From contig CAIMPC010000062.1 of assembly GCA_903843285.1 (NCBI GenBank), positions 8,895 through 72,894 of the forward strand: 64,000 nucleotides of DNA. Reading direction: 5' to 3'. Origin of the DNA: Candidatus Omnitrophota bacterium (GTDB lineage: Bacteria; Omnitrophota; Gorgyraeia; 2-01-FULL-45-10). The position numbers and the translations under genes were made by a program. Shown piece by piece: positions 36,837-48,310 of the stretch. Under the pieces are notes generated by a model. That model made no database searches. It was not told the DNA's origin and saw only the letters and a list, made by a program, of their open reading frames with translations. Position 1 is the stretch's first letter; each line of letters starts with the position of its first letter.

Positions 36837-38633
36837 TCATTGCGCTTTAAGCGCTGCAAAAAATGCTTCCTGCGGAATATCCACCTTTCCAAACTGCTTC
36901 ATCTTCTTCTTTCCCGCTTTTTGTTTCTCCCAAAGCTTTCTCTTCCTGGTTATGTCGCCGCCGTAACATTTGGCAGTGACGTTCTTACCCACAGCCTTTA
37001 TAGTTTCGCGGGCGATGACCTGCCCCCCTATAGCGGCCTGCAGTATTATTTGAAACAGATGACGCGGTATGGTCTCTTTCAATTTTTCGATAACAACTTT
37101 GCCTTTCGAATATGCCTTGTCCTTAAATACTATCGATGAGAACGCATCATATACTTCGCCGTTTATCAATATATCAAGTTTTACTATACTCGTGGGCCTG
37201 TAGTCAAGGAACTCGTAATCGAGCGAACCGTAGCCCTTAGTCGCAGACTTTATTCTATCGTAAAAATCTACTATAACTTCGGACAGCGGAATATCATATA
37301 TAATTCTGGCGCGTTTGTCATCGAGATACTCCGTGGAGACGTACGACCCTCTGCGCGACTCGGAGAGTTCAAGAATGGTTCCTATGGATTCCTTGGGCAG
37401 TATTATGTACGCCCTTACATAAGGCTCTTCGGTCTCTTCGACCTCGCCCGCATTCGGCAATTTTACGGGATTGTCGACCTCCTCTATCTCGCCGTCTTTC
37501 CTCAGAATTCTATATACAACGCTCGGAGTCGTAATAACCAGGTTTAGATCATATTCCCTCTCTAACCTCTGCTCGATTATCTCCATATGTAGTAACCCGA
37601 GAAAGCCGCATCTGAAGCCCATGCCGAGCGAGGCCGACTTCTCCAGTTCAAACACAAAGGCTGCATCCGAAAGCCTGAGCTTCTCTATCGCTTCCTTTAG
37701 CAGATGAAAGTCGGCGCTGGACGCCGGATATATACCGCTAAATACCATCGGATGGACTTTCTTATATCCCGGTAAAGGCGCCGCCGCGGGATTCTCCGCA
37801 TCGGTTAAAGTGTCCCCGACAAAGACTTCCCTGGCATCACGTATGTTGCAAGTTATATATCCAACCTCACCGCATGATAGTTTATCGACGGTTGACTGCC
37901 GTGGGTTAAAGATGCCGACCTCCTGCACTTCATAGACTTTATTATTCGACATCATCATGACCTTCATACCTTTACATATGACGCCGTTCATTAGCCGTAT
38001 AAGCACCACGACGCCTTTATACGCGTCGAACCTGGAATCAAATACAAGCCCCTGCAGAGGGTTTGTCACCTCACCGCTGGGTGAGGGTATCTTACTTACG
38101 ACGGACTCCAGAATATCCTCTGTCCCCGTCCCGAGCTTAGCGCTCGCAAGCACTATATCCGCCTTATCGAGTCCGAGTATATCGGATATCTGATGTTTTA
38201 CATTTTCGGTCTCGGCGCTGGGAAGATCGATCTTATTTATTACCGGAATTATTACGAGGTTATGCTCCATCGCAAGATAGAGATTAGCTACAGTCTGGGC
38301 CTCGACTCCCTGAGAGGCATCTACCACGAGTAGCGCGCCTTCGCAGGCGCCAACCGATTTAGACACCTCATACGTAAAATCGACGTGGCCGGGCGTGTCG
38401 ATAAGATTCAGCTCGTAGATAAGGCCGTCTTTCGCCTTGTAGTTTATTCTAACGGCGCTGGCCTTAATCGTGATTCCACGCTCTTTCTCGAGATCCATAT
38501 CATCGAGAATCTGATCATGAAATTCTCTCTCGCTTATCGCGCCCGTGAATTGCAGGATACGATCGGCCAGAGTTGACTTTCCGTGATCTATGTGGGCAAT
38601 GATTGAAAAATTACGTATCAGTGATTTATCCAT
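36837..38633 (-). CDS. lepA: elongation factor 4
   Basis: [47 protein letters not shown]. Confidence 0.98.
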   Translation of the reverse strand: MDKSLIRNFSIIAHIDHGKSTLADRILQFTGAISEREFHDQILDDMDLEKERGITIKASAVRINYKAKDGLIYELNLIDTPGHVDFTYEVSKSVGACEGALLVVDASQGVEAQTVANLYLAMEHNLVIIPVINKIDLPSAETENVKHQISDILGLDKADIVLASAKLGTGTEDILESVVSKIPSPSGEVTNPLQGLVFDSRFDAYKGVVVLIRLMNGVICKGMKVMMMSNNKVYEVQEVGIFNPRQSTVDKLSCGEVGYITCNIRDAREVFVGDTLTDAENPAAAPLPGYKKVHPMVFSGIYPASSADFHLLKEAIEKLRLSDAAFVFELEKSASLGMGFRCGFLGLLHMEIIEQRLEREYDLNLVITTPSVVYRILRKDGEIEEVDNPVKLPNAGEVEETEEPYVRAYIILPKESIGTILELSESRRGSYVSTEYLDDKRARIIYDIPLSEVIVDFYDRIKSATKGYGSLDYEFLDYRPTSIVKLDILINGEVYDAFSSIVFKDKAYSKGKVVIEKLKETIPRHLFQIILQAAIGGQVIARETIKAVGKNVTAKCYGGDITRKRKLWEKQKAGKKKMKQFGKVDIPQEAFFAALKAQ

Positions 38634-40057
38634 TAAACACTATCCGATAATTTCCTTCCAAATTCGAGTATCCCCAACGCCTTCTTCTCGTCGGGAGCTT
38701 CCGCATATACTCTGAGAATGGGTTCGGTGCCCGAAAGCCTGAGCATCATCCATGACCTGTCATCACATATGAATTTAAAACCATCTGTGGTCTTTACATC
38801 TACCACCGGATGACCGAGAATTACCTTCGGAGGATTATTACTTAAGCTGGCCATAAGTTTAGCCTTCTTTTCATCGGGATACTTAAGATCCAGCCTCTTA
38901 TATTCGTAAGTGCCATATTCCTTATCTATCGATTTCAATATATCCATAATTTTCTTCTTTTTCATCGCCATCATCTCGAGTATGAGAAGCCCGGAAAGAA
39001 TGCCGTCTCTTTCAGGTATCGAATCCTTGAACGCCACACCTCCCGTCTCCTCACCGCCTATTAATATATCATCCTTAAGCATCAGCTCGCAGATATATTT
39101 GAATCCAACGGGAGTCTCATACATCTTAAGACCATGTTTTTTACAAATCTTCTCTATGAGGAACGTTCCGCATATCGTCTGTATAACACCTCCGCGCATC
39201 TTTTTATCTTCTAACAGGTGTAATAACAATACAGACATAACCTTATGTCCAGTCAATAGCTTGCCGTTCGGAAGCGCAACGCCCAACCTGTCCGCATCCC
39301 CGTCCGTGGCAAGGCCAATATCGTATTTGCCCTTCTTCGTCTTCTCAGCGAGCTCCTTCAGGTTCGGCAATATCGGTTCCGGATTGATTCCGCCGAAGCT
39401 TGGATTCTTTTCGTTATGTATAGTGTCGATTTTGCAATTGCCCCCTTTGAGCAGCATAGAGATGTAGTCATTGCCGGTACCATACATAGAATCTACGAGG
39501 ACCTTCAACTTACTCTTTTTTAATAGCTTTATGTCTGCGTAGCTCTTAATGAACGCAAGGTGAGCCGAGATCAGATCGTCTATAACCACCAGGCCTTCGG
39601 CTTTTAGCTCATCGAGTGATTTAATCTTGATTTCACTCTTACCCAAATACGACTCAAACTTCTTCGTTATCTCAGGTCCGGCCGATCCACCATAGTAAGC
39701 CTTATACTTTATGCCATTATATCTGGCAGGATTGTGGCTGGCGGTGATCATTATACCACCAACATACCCTCTGTCTTTGATCGCAAAACTGACGGACGGT
39801 GTAGGGACTGCCCTATCAGACAAAACGGCCTTTATGCCGTTGGCACCGAAGACGCAAGCCATAAGCTCGGCATATTTATCGGATAAGAATCTGGTGTCAT
39901 AACCTATTACTACCTTCCGCTCTTTAACCTTTAGCCCCTTACAGTCATTATGTATAAAATCGGCTACCGACTGTGCCACTTTCTTCACATTATCAAAAGT
40001 AAATTCGTCGCTTATTACAGCTCTCCAACCGTCCGTTCCGAATTTTATACCACCCAT
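38633..40057 (-). CDS. phosphoglucomutase/phosphomannomutase
   Basis: FGTDGWR, ITASHNP, DGDADR, GGEETGG, RLSGTEP. Confidence 0.94.
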   Translation of the reverse strand: MGGIKFGTDGWRAVISDEFTFDNVKKVAQSVADFIHNDCKGLKVKERKVVIGYDTRFLSDKYAELMACVFGANGIKAVLSDRAVPTPSVSFAIKDRGYVGGIMITASHNPARYNGIKYKAYYGGSAGPEITKKFESYLGKSEIKIKSLDELKAEGLVVIDDLISAHLAFIKSYADIKLLKKSKLKVLVDSMYGTGNDYISMLLKGGNCKIDTIHNEKNPSFGGINPEPILPNLKELAEKTKKGKYDIGLATDGDADRLGVALPNGKLLTGHKVMSVLLLHLLEDKKMRGGVIQTICGTFLIEKICKKHGLKMYETPVGFKYICELMLKDDILIGGEETGGVAFKDSIPERDGILSGLLILEMMAMKKKKIMDILKSIDKEYGTYEYKRLDLKYPDEKKAKLMASLSNNPPKVILGHPVVDVKTTDGFKFICDDRSWMMLRLSGTEPILRVYAEAPDEKKALGILEFGRKLSDSV

Positions 40058-40699
40058 TTATACTCCTCCCCTTATTTTTTTGATCGCGCCCGCATAGTCT
40101 TTTGATCCGAAGACTGCGGATCCGGCCACCAGCACATTGGCACCCGCTTTTATAGCCTTAGCCGCGGTTAACTCATTGATACCACCGTCGACCTGGATAT
40201 CCTTCTTAAATATCCTGCGCACCTCCTCGACTTTAGACAGGCAATCCGGCATGAAGCCCTGCCCTGCAAATCCCGGTTCGACCGTCATCACAAGCACCAT
40301 ATCGACCATCGGCAATATCTCCTCTATCGCGGCGACACCGGTATTGGGCCTTATGGAAACGCCTACCTTATTCTTAAAATATCTAATCAGCTTTATGATC
40401 TCTAAGGGGTCTTTTTCGGCCTCTATGTGAAATGTGATTATATCGCTTCCGGCATTGGCAAAACTCTCTATATAATCCTGCGGATTATTGATCATAAGAT
40501 GGACGTCAAAAGGCAGTTTCGTGACAGGTCTGGCTGACTTTACCACTATCGGCCCCATCGTTATATTGGGCACAAAGGCGCCATCCATAACGTCGATATG
40601 CACCCAATCTGCGCCTGCTTTATCTATCGCCCTTATCTCCTCTCCGAGCCTTGAGAAGTCGGCTGAGAGTATGCTCGGCGCTATTAAAATATTCTGCAT
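40058..40699 (-). CDS. rpe: ribulose-phosphate 3-epimerase
   Basis: APSILSAD, HIDVMDG, DVHLM, MTVEPGFAGQ, VDGGI. Confidence 0.97.
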   Translation of the reverse strand: MQNILIAPSILSADFSRLGEEIRAIDKAGADWVHIDVMDGAFVPNITMGPIVVKSARPVTKLPFDVHLMINNPQDYIESFANAGSDIITFHIEAEKDPLEIIKLIRYFKNKVGVSIRPNTGVAAIEEILPMVDMVLVMTVEPGFAGQGFMPDCLSKVEEVRRIFKKDIQVDGGINELTAAKAIKAGANVLVAGSAVFGSKDYAGAIKKIRGGV

Positions 40700-40772
40700 A
40701 AGATTACCCCATTTTGAGTGACTAACTTAAATGTGCAACAGCTCAGCTCCAGAAGAAACTTGACTATAGCCT

Positions 40773-40882
40773 GTCATCCTGAGCGAAGCCCGATAGGGCG
40801 AAGCGAAGGATCTCTCTTTTAGATTCTTCGTCGGGCTAAAGCCCTCCTCAGAATGACGCATGCACTTATATGACTGAACTAT
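40773..40882. repeat. GTCAT-type composite palindromic repeat
   Basis: GTCATCCTGAGCGAAG...GAAGGATCT..AGATTCTTCG...CTCAGAATGAC plus conserved flank; bracketed by short direct repeats. Confidence 0.88.
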
Positions 40883-40886
40883 AGCC

Positions 40887-42149
40887 TTAAATGTGCAACG
40901 CTTCCTTAATCAATTTCTCATCCAGCTTTGGGCCAATTACGGCAAGGCTCATACTATTATCTTTGAATACGTTATTGGCTACCCTCATGATGTCTTCGAC
41001 GGTAACGGCCTCTACCTTTTCCAATATCGGTTTGGATGTCAAATCCTTTTCGCCCGAAACAACCTTTTCACCAAGCCATAACATATGGCTCATGGTGTCC
41101 TCGAGAGCAAATAACAGCTGGCCTTTATAGTACTCTTTGGCCCTTCTAAGCTCTCCCTCCGATATAGGTTCCTTCGAGAATCGCGCAAGTTCTTTAAGTA
41201 TAACTTCGAGAGACTTTATCAGTTTCTTATCATCCACCCCGGCGCTGATAACCAACGCCCCGCAATCCTCATACCTTCTCACACTGGATGATATCTCGTA
41301 ACATAATGCCATCTCGTCCCTGACGATGTGAAATAGCCTGGATGACATATTTGCGCCCAGGACTATATTCATAACACTCATCACGTGCTTATCGGGATGA
41401 AACCGATCCACGGCATGAAATCCTATGGCCAGATGCGTCTGTTCAGTCTTCTTTGCATATAGATTAACTCTCGGAGCATCCTGAGAAATATTTGCTTTAG
41501 AGAATTTGGAGATCTGGCCCGCCTTTGCGTCGGATAGATATTTCTTTGCCAGGGATGTAAGTGCATCCTCATCTATATTGCCTGAGCCCACCACAAAAAT
41601 ATTCTTAGGATTATAGAACATGTTCTTATAATTTACTATATCATTTTTAGCCACGGACTTCACAGTCTCTTCCGTGCCGGCAAGCGGCATACCGAGCGGT
41701 TGATTTGGCCACATCTCCTCTGCCAGGATCTCATGCACGTAATGAGCCGGTATATCCCTATACATCTTTATCTCTTCTACTATGACTTCTTTCTCTTTTA
41801 AGATCTCTGATTCTTCAAGCCTCGGATTCTGCACCATATCACTGAGTATATCCAGTCCTAATGACACGTCTTTACCTAATACCTTTACCAGATAGCAAGT
41901 ATGTTCTTCCGAAGTAAAACCATTAAAGCTTCCGCCTCTGCCTTCTATCTCCTGTTTTATCGTCATCGTGTCACGCTCAGTAGTACCCTTAAATAAAAGA
42001 TGCTCCAGTATGTGACTTATACCGCTGTTTTTTGGATCCTCATACCTACCGCCGACGCGCACCCATACCCCTATCGCGACCGACTCCATACCGGCCATAG
42101 GATGAGTCATTATCCTCAGTCCATTATCTAACGTCTTCAATCTGTGCAT
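40887..42149 (-). CDS. M16 family (pitrilysin-like) zinc peptidase
   Basis: Inverted zinc motif HILEH in GISHILEHLLFKGT, NGFTS, MSSRLF. Confidence 0.93.
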   Translation of the reverse strand: MHRLKTLDNGLRIMTHPMAGMESVAIGVWVRVGGRYEDPKNSGISHILEHLLFKGTTERDTMTIKQEIEGRGGSFNGFTSEEHTCYLVKVLGKDVSLGLDILSDMVQNPRLEESEILKEKEVIVEEIKMYRDIPAHYVHEILAEEMWPNQPLGMPLAGTEETVKSVAKNDIVNYKNMFYNPKNIFVVGSGNIDEDALTSLAKKYLSDAKAGQISKFSKANISQDAPRVNLYAKKTEQTHLAIGFHAVDRFHPDKHVMSVMNIVLGANMSSRLFHIVRDEMALCYEISSSVRRYEDCGALVISAGVDDKKLIKSLEVILKELARFSKEPISEGELRRAKEYYKGQLLFALEDTMSHMLWLGEKVVSGEKDLTSKPILEKVEAVTVEDIMRVANNVFKDNSMSLAVIGPKLDEKLIKEALHI

Positions 42150-42571
42150 TACACCTGTCCTCTCTTTCGCGAATCGAGATAGCTCTGCAAAATCAGTCCG
42201 GATGCGACCTTATCGGCAAGCTTTCTTCTCTTAAAGCCATTCATGCCGGCTTCCATCATCGCACGCTCTGCCTGAACCGTTGTGAGCCGCTCATCCTGCA
42301 TCTTAACGGGGACACTTATTGCCTTAGATAAAACGTCGATGAACTCCAGCACCTCTTTAGTCTTCTGGCTGTGCGTCCCATTCATGCTTATGGGAAGGCC
42401 GACAACAACCTCGATAACATTATTTTCTTTGATTATCCCGGCTATCCTGTCCAGGTCCGCCTTAATATCTTTTCTGTAAATCGTGTCCGTGCCCTGGGCG
42501 GTAATGTATAGCTCATCGCTCAGCGATACGCCTATCCTTTTCGTTCCATAATCAAGACCCATTATCTTCAC
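42149..42571 (-). CDS. ruvX: YqgF/RuvX pre-16S rRNA nuclease
   Basis: GLDYGTKRIGV, VVGLP, DERLTT, ADKVASGLILQSYLD. Confidence 0.94.
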   Translation of the reverse strand: MKIMGLDYGTKRIGVSLSDELYITAQGTDTIYRKDIKADLDRIAGIIKENNVIEVVVGLPISMNGTHSQKTKEVLEFIDVLSKAISVPVKMQDERLTTVQAERAMMEAGMNGFKRRKLADKVASGLILQSYLDSRKRGQV

Positions 42572-42581
42572 AAAATTATCC

Positions 42582-43463
42582 TCATATTATCTTTATGATC
42601 TTTCCGGACTTTTTAACAAAACGTCTCGACTCTATTTTCAACACCTTTTCCAATGTATCAAAACTCCCCACATCATTCCATTCGTATCTGCCTTTCACGC
42701 AATAGATATTACCGGCCTTCTCCATTATAGCGTAATCTATCGATATCTCCGGCATGTCATCATAAGCTCTGTATGGATCCCGACACTGAATCATGTGGAA
42801 TATTTTAGGCGCATATTTCCTGAGAGATGCGCTAAGCGCACCAAGACGAAATATAAATATTCCGGCATTCCATAAATATTTACCGCTGGCAATATACCGC
42901 TCGGCAGTATCGATATCGGGCTTCTCGGTAAAACACTCTACCTTAGCAATCGTACTCGATTTCGATACCTTTATATATCCGTATTCCGTAGACGGCCGTT
43001 TAGGATCGATACCTACGGTAATAATCGCATCGGCATGTCTCTTTGCAAAATTTATGCCTAAAATTAGCGCTTCCCGTTCCTTGCCCCTGTCCGGAATATA
43101 GTGGTCCGCCGGCATAACCAGCATAACGGCATCCCTGTCCATGCTCATAATATATCGCGCCGCAAGCGCTATAGCGGGAGCCGTATTACGCGATACGGGT
43201 TCAAGCAAAATATTATTCCATGAATCCTTAGGCAGATCCCTTTTCACAAGGGTATGATGCTTTTTATTAGCCACGATCACGATGTGATCAGATTCAACCA
43301 ACTTCAATAAACGATCGATCGTATTCCTAAACATCGTCTCTCTGTCATTCGTTACAGATAAGAACGCCTTAGGCCGCAGATTTGTAGATAACGGACGAAG
43401 CCTCTTTCCCTTCCCACCAACCAGAACAACCGCATAAACATCTTTATAACGTTTAGACGCCAT
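42582..43463 (-). CDS. mannose-1-phosphate guanylyltransferase (monofunctional)
   Basis: GGKGKRLRPLS...PK, LEPVSRNTAPA, PADH, FTEKP, WNAGIF, SIDYAIME, WNDVGS. Confidence 0.88.
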   Translation of the reverse strand: MASKRYKDVYAVVLVGGKGKRLRPLSTNLRPKAFLSVTNDRETMFRNTIDRLLKLVESDHIVIVANKKHHTLVKRDLPKDSWNNILLEPVSRNTAPAIALAARYIMSMDRDAVMLVMPADHYIPDRGKEREALILGINFAKRHADAIITVGIDPKRPSTEYGYIKVSKSSTIAKVECFTEKPDIDTAERYIASGKYLWNAGIFIFRLGALSASLRKYAPKIFHMIQCRDPYRAYDDMPEISIDYAIMEKAGNIYCVKGRYEWNDVGSFDTLEKVLKIESRRFVKKSGKIIKII

Positions 43464-44244
43464 GAATTGCATTCGCAAGGCTTTTAGCGAGTTTTGGAAC
43501 CTTTACCATCGCACCTTTATCTTCTCCGATCAGCTTAACGATAGCGCTTCCCACTATTACGCCATCGGCCACCCTCGCGATACGCGAGGCCTGCTCCGAA
43601 TTTGAAACACCGAACCCGACTGCGACCGGTTTATCCGTGGCAGACTTAACGGCCCTTATCTTAGAGATCACATCTACCGGCAGTTCGCTCCTGGTGCCCG
43701 TAACTCCTGTCAAAGATACGTAATATATAAACCCTCTTGAATCCTCTACAATATGCCGGATCCTTTTAACTGTAGATGTGGGAGAGGCGAGAAATATAGT
43801 GGCTACTCCACTGAGCCTGGCGCATTTTATTAAATCCGACGCCTCCTCAAATGGCAGGTCAGGCACTATCACCCCGTCCACGCCACACTTACGACAGCTA
43901 ATAATGAACTTATCCAGTCCATACCGCAGTATAGGATTATAATATGTCATGAAGACTATGGGCATATCGGTGGAAGCTCGTAGTTCGATAACCATATCAA
44001 ATATCTTCTTAAGCTTAACACCGCCTCTAAGAGCCCTGTGCGATGCCGCCTGAATAATGGGCCCATCCGCAATCGGATCGGAAAACGGTATACCCAGCTC
44101 CAATATATCTACTCCGGACTTTTCAAGCTCTAAGGCTATTCTTTTGGTAGAAGTAAGATTAGGATCACCTGCTGTAATATAGGCAATAAATGCCTTACGC
44201 TTCTTGGCTCTCAATTCTATAAATTTCTTGTCGATCCTATTCAT
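43453..44244 (-). CDS. trpA: tryptophan synthase alpha
   Basis: YITAGDP, LELGIPFSDPIADGP, GVTG, VGFGV, GVIVGSA. Confidence 0.97.
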   Translation of the reverse strand: MNRIDKKFIELRAKKRKAFIAYITAGDPNLTSTKRIALELEKSGVDILELGIPFSDPIADGPIIQAASHRALRGGVKLKKIFDMVIELRASTDMPIVFMTYYNPILRYGLDKFIISCRKCGVDGVIVPDLPFEEASDLIKCARLSGVATIFLASPTSTVKRIRHIVEDSRGFIYYVSLTGVTGTRSELPVDVISKIRAVKSATDKPVAVGFGVSNSEQASRIARVADGVIVGSAIVKLIGEDKGAMVKVPKLAKSLANAIHGV

Positions 44245-44275
44245 ACTATTAATACCTCCGGAACAATATTATTAA

Positions 44276-44677
44276 TTAACGAACTTCTGCCTTCGCCTCT
44301 TTAAGAATCAGCGGATAGTTCAATATAAGCACATCGTCCAGCATGATCTCCACCCAATACTTACCCGACGCTATAAATACGAGATTATTTATCCTGGATA
44401 TAAGCGTATGATGAGCATCTATATCCTGCAAATCGAAGGGTTGCTCATTGGTTTGGAATACTACAGACTTATCCTTTGAATTAATAATCTTTATCTTTTG
44501 CAAAAAACTACCCTGCCCCTTACACCATCTGTTTACGACGAACAGCGCCGGATGCGTAGCCGGAAATACCCTCGCGGTAATGGCTTCGAATAAACCTATA
44601 AGCATGAACTTACCATTATCTTCCCGCCGAACGTCATCGCATAAAACTGAAAACTGCAGATTAGGTCTTATATTCAC
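44276..44677 (-). CDS. hypothetical beta-rich protein (DUF6941-like)
   Basis: 133 aa with LCDDVRREDNGK..LIGLF and GKYWVEI; fills the trpB-trpA gap. Family call is from memory. Confidence 0.7.
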   Translation of the reverse strand: MNIRPNLQFSVLCDDVRREDNGKFMLIGLFEAITARVFPATHPALFVVNRWCKGQGSFLQKIKIINSKDKSVVFQTNEQPFDLQDIDAHHTLISRINNLVFIASGKYWVEIMLDDVLILNYPLILKEAKAEVR

Positions 44678-44694
44678 CTGATACCTTCTTTCTA

Positions 44695-45867
44695 CTATAA
44701 AACGCCTCGCACAATATCGATGTCCTTATCACCTCTCCCGGAAAGGCATACCACTACTATCTTATTCCTCGGCAATCTTTTGGCAAGATCAGCGGCATAA
44801 TAGATAGCGTGGGATGATTCGAGAGCCGGTATAATCCCTTCCGTAACAGATAATAATTTGAATCCTTCGAGAGCTTCCTTATCTTTAACGGCAACGTAAT
44901 TTACGCGGCCTGAATTTTTTAGATACGCATGCTCAGGGCCGACCCCGGGATAGTCGAGTCCGGCGGAGATCGAATGAGCAATCTCTATCTGTCCGTCATC
45001 ATCCTGTAATATATAACTCTTTGAGCCATGCAAAACACCTACAGAGCCTTTACATAAAGTGGCGGCATGATGAGTTGTATTTATACCGAGTCCTGCGGCT
45101 TCAACTCCGATTAAACTGACTTTATCTTTCAAGAAGGAATGAAATATACCCATGGCATTACTTCCACCGCCCACACAAGCAACTATATAGTCCGGGAGTC
45201 GTCCAATATTTCGCTTGCACTGAATCCGGGCTTCTTTGCCTATGACGGATTGAAAATCACGGACGATCATCGGATATGGATGAGGACCCGCGACAGATCC
45301 TATAACATAGTATGTGTTACCTACATTGGCCACCCAATCTCTCATAGCCTCATTCATCGCATCCTTCAACGTCTTAGATCCGCTGTGGACGGGAGTTACC
45401 TTAGCACCCAGGATCTTCATCTTAAAGACATTTATCGCCTGGCGCTTAATATCCTCATCTCCCATGAATATTTCGCAATCCAAGCCAAATAGAGCCGCCA
45501 CAGTAGCGGTAGCGACACCATGCTGACCGGCACCCGTCTCAGCTATAATCCTCTTCTTTCCCATCCTTATGGCAAGCAGGGCCTGGCCGATAGTATTATT
45601 TATCTTATGGGCACCCGTATGAAGCAGATCCTCCCTCTTCAGATATATCTTTGCGCCACCCATCTTCGAGGTTAGGTTCTCGGCAAGATATAACCCTGTG
45701 GGGCGTCCGGCATACTCCCTCAAATAGTGCTCGAGATCCTTCCTAAAAGATGCGCTCTCGTGCGCCTGCCTATACGAACTCTCAAGCTCATATATGGCGG
45801 ACATCAAAGTCTCGGGCACAAATCTACCGCCGAACCTGCCGAAATATCCTTTTTTATCGGGTAACAT
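44695..45867 (-). CDS. trpB: tryptophan synthase beta
   Basis: [51 protein letters not shown]. Confidence 0.98.
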   Translation of the reverse strand: MLPDKKGYFGRFGGRFVPETLMSAIYELESSYRQAHESASFRKDLEHYLREYAGRPTGLYLAENLTSKMGGAKIYLKREDLLHTGAHKINNTIGQALLAIRMGKKRIIAETGAGQHGVATATVAALFGLDCEIFMGDEDIKRQAINVFKMKILGAKVTPVHSGSKTLKDAMNEAMRDWVANVGNTYYVIGSVAGPHPYPMIVRDFQSVIGKEARIQCKRNIGRLPDYIVACVGGGSNAMGIFHSFLKDKVSLIGVEAAGLGINTTHHAATLCKGSVGVLHGSKSYILQDDDGQIEIAHSISAGLDYPGVGPEHAYLKNSGRVNYVAVKDKEALEGFKLLSVTEGIIPALESSHAIYYAADLAKRLPRNKIVVVCLSGRGDKDIDIVRGVL

Positions 45868-45870
45868 CAA

Positions 45871-46488
45871 TTAGCCCTTTCTCGCTTCTTCCACGAAACT
45901 CTTTAATAATTGCATACATTTCTTACCCGGATACTCTTCGACTCCGGTCGACACATCCACTCCGTAAGGCACCACTTCGGATATAGCGCGTCCAATGTTA
46001 GAGGGGTTAAGGCCTCCGGACAGTATAACCGGCTTTAGAAACTCATAATCCTTAAGCATCTTCCAATCAAACGTCTCACCCGTCCCACCGAAATATCCGT
46101 GTTTATGCGTATCTACCAGGAAATAATCGACGTCGTACAAATTAATCGGCTCGATATCTTTTTTATTCAATATCCTAAACGCCTTTATAACTTTATAGTC
46201 TGCCTTAAATGCTCTGCAATATTTCGGCGTTTCATCCCCGTGAAACTGCAGTGAATCGAGCCCTACATCCTCCGCTATGGCGCGAACTGTGTCAATGTCT
46301 TCATCAACGAACACGCCGACTTTTGCAATGGTATCGGGCAGTTCATTTATAATCTCTCTTGCGGTATTGCGATCAACGCGTCTCTTAGATTTCTCATAAA
46401 AGACTAAACCTATCATGTCCACGCCGAGGTTCGCAGCGAAAACAGCATCTATTTTATTGGTAATGCCGCAAATTTTTATAAGGGTCAT
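45871..46488 (-). CDS. trpF: phosphoribosylanthranilate isomerase
   Basis: KICGIT, QFHGDE, GGTGETFDW, LSGGL, VDVSTGVE. Confidence 0.96.
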   Translation of the reverse strand: MTLIKICGITNKIDAVFAANLGVDMIGLVFYEKSKRRVDRNTAREIINELPDTIAKVGVFVDEDIDTVRAIAEDVGLDSLQFHGDETPKYCRAFKADYKVIKAFRILNKKDIEPINLYDVDYFLVDTHKHGYFGGTGETFDWKMLKDYEFLKPVILSGGLNPSNIGRAISEVVPYGVDVSTGVEEYPGKKCMQLLKSFVEEARKG

Positions 46489-47264
46489 TAATATCTCATT
46501 ATCTCGCGCATCTTAGCGGCAATGTCTGATGCCTCCATGAAGGCCTCGCCGATAAGTACAGCGTTGATCCCCAGCGACTTCAGAAACATAACGTCCTCGT
46601 AACTCTTTATGCCGCTCTCTGAAACCTTTATCTTATGCGCAGGAATAAGCCTCATGAGCTTCTGGGTCATCGCAAGGTCAACCTTAAACGTATGGAGATC
46701 TCTGTTATTTATACCTATAATATCTCCGCCGGAGGCTATGGCCTTATCCATATCCTCTTCATTATGAACTTCGAGAAGAACGTCGAGGCCGAGCGAAGTT
46801 GCCAGCTGGTAGAATCCGGTCATCTCGCTTTCAGAGAGAAGATCCGCAATTAAAAGTATCGCATCGGCGCCGAAGGCTACGGATTCGTATATCTGATACT
46901 CATCGATTATAAAGTCTTTACGTAATATGGGTAGAGAGACGCTCTGCCTAACCACCTTTATATGTTCTAATTTGCCTTCAAAGAATCGCTCATCTGTAAG
47001 GACAGATATCGCGGAGGCGCCGTTGGCCTGATATGTCATCGCGATCTTAGACGGATTAAAATCACCTCTTATTATACCTTTCGACGGAGAGGCCTTCTTT
47101 ATCTCTGCGATCAGGTTTATATGATGAGGCCTCGATATATTCTTCTTGAATGAGCTATTAACCGAGATGTAGCGCAGTTCTCTAATGAGCTCCTCTTTTG
47201 TCTTAAGGCGTTTAGCCTCATCGATTACCCTTCTCTTTTCCTCAATAATCCGCGATATCATCAT
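46488..47264 (-). CDS. trpC: indole-3-glycerol-phosphate synthase
   Basis: IAEIKKASPSKG, ISVLTD, LRKDFII, GINNRDL, SESGI. Confidence 0.97.
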   Translation of the reverse strand: MMISRIIEEKRRVIDEAKRLKTKEELIRELRYISVNSSFKKNISRPHHINLIAEIKKASPSKGIIRGDFNPSKIAMTYQANGASAISVLTDERFFEGKLEHIKVVRQSVSLPILRKDFIIDEYQIYESVAFGADAILLIADLLSESEMTGFYQLATSLGLDVLLEVHNEEDMDKAIASGGDIIGINNRDLHTFKVDLAMTQKLMRLIPAHKIKVSESGIKSYEDVMFLKSLGINAVLIGEAFMEASDIAAKMREIMRY

Positions 47265-48310
47265 CTGTTTGTGATTTCTATGAGTTTCATCAATTTATCG
47301 AGCGCCTGTCCGGAGTCTATCGAACGAGCGGCCATCTTTATCCCCGACTTCAAGTCTTTAGCTTTAGATCCGGCGACCAAAGATGCCGAGGCGTTCAATA
47401 GTACAATATCTCGCCTCGGTGATTTTTCACCCTTCAAGATCTCGAGTGTTATCTCTGCATTGACCTTAGGATCTCCGCCTTCTATTTCGCAGAGGCTCGC
47501 TCTATGCAATCCGAACTTTTCCGGAGTAATGATATAATTTTTGATCTTTCCATTTTTCAATTCTGAAACCCTGGTCTTACCGGTGATCGTTATCTCATCG
47601 CATATATCGGTGCCGAATACTACAAATGCCCTCTTAGTGCCCAGGTTATTAAGAACCCTGGCAATCTTTTCCGTGAGAGAGGCATCATATACACCCACAA
47701 CCTGGGCGGTGGCATTTGCCGGATTGGAAAGCGGGCCCAACAGATTAAATATCGTTCTTATCCCTATCTCTTTTCTCGATGATGAAGCATGCTTCATGGC
47801 GCTGTGAAATATCGGAGCATATAAGAAACCTATGCCTACCTCTAATAGGCATCTCTGCATCAGTTCGGGACTTACATCTATCTTCACGCCGAGAGCCTCC
47901 AGGACATCAGCGCTTCCACACTCGCTCGATGCGGCGCGATTACCGTGCTTCGCCACCTTCAGTCCACAACCTGCAGTCACAAACGCAACCGTGGTCGAGA
48001 CATTGAATGTATTGGCGCCTCCGCCTCCCGTTCCGCAGGTATCTATAACGTCACGGCGCCTGCTTAGGCGGTCCCCGGCAATATCTCCTCGTGCACCTTC
48101 GGCCGAGATATGTAAAGACTTCTCTCGCATCACCCTGGCGGCGGCAGTTATCTCTTCGACCGTCTCACCCTTCATACGTAAAGCCGTCACAAACGCGCCT
48201 ATCTGGGCCGGAGTCGCTATACCGGTCATTATCTCGTTAAAGGTATCCCGCATTTCATCGACAGTCAGATCTATACGACTGACGACTTTCTCTATGGCCT
48301 GTTTTATCAT
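47261..48310 (-). CDS. trpD: anthranilate phosphoribosyltransferase
   Basis: DTCGTGGG, FNVST, KHGNR, GSADVLEALG, RTIFNLLGPL. Confidence 0.97.
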   Translation of the reverse strand: MIKQAIEKVVSRIDLTVDEMRDTFNEIMTGIATPAQIGAFVTALRMKGETVEEITAAARVMREKSLHISAEGARGDIAGDRLSRRRDVIDTCGTGGGGANTFNVSTTVAFVTAGCGLKVAKHGNRAASSECGSADVLEALGVKIDVSPELMQRCLLEVGIGFLYAPIFHSAMKHASSSRKEIGIRTIFNLLGPLSNPANATAQVVGVYDASLTEKIARVLNNLGTKRAFVVFGTDICDEITITGKTRVSELKNGKIKNYIITPEKFGLHRASLCEIEGGDPKVNAEITLEILKGEKSPRRDIVLLNASASLVAGSKAKDLKSGIKMAARSIDSGQALDKLMKLIEITNR

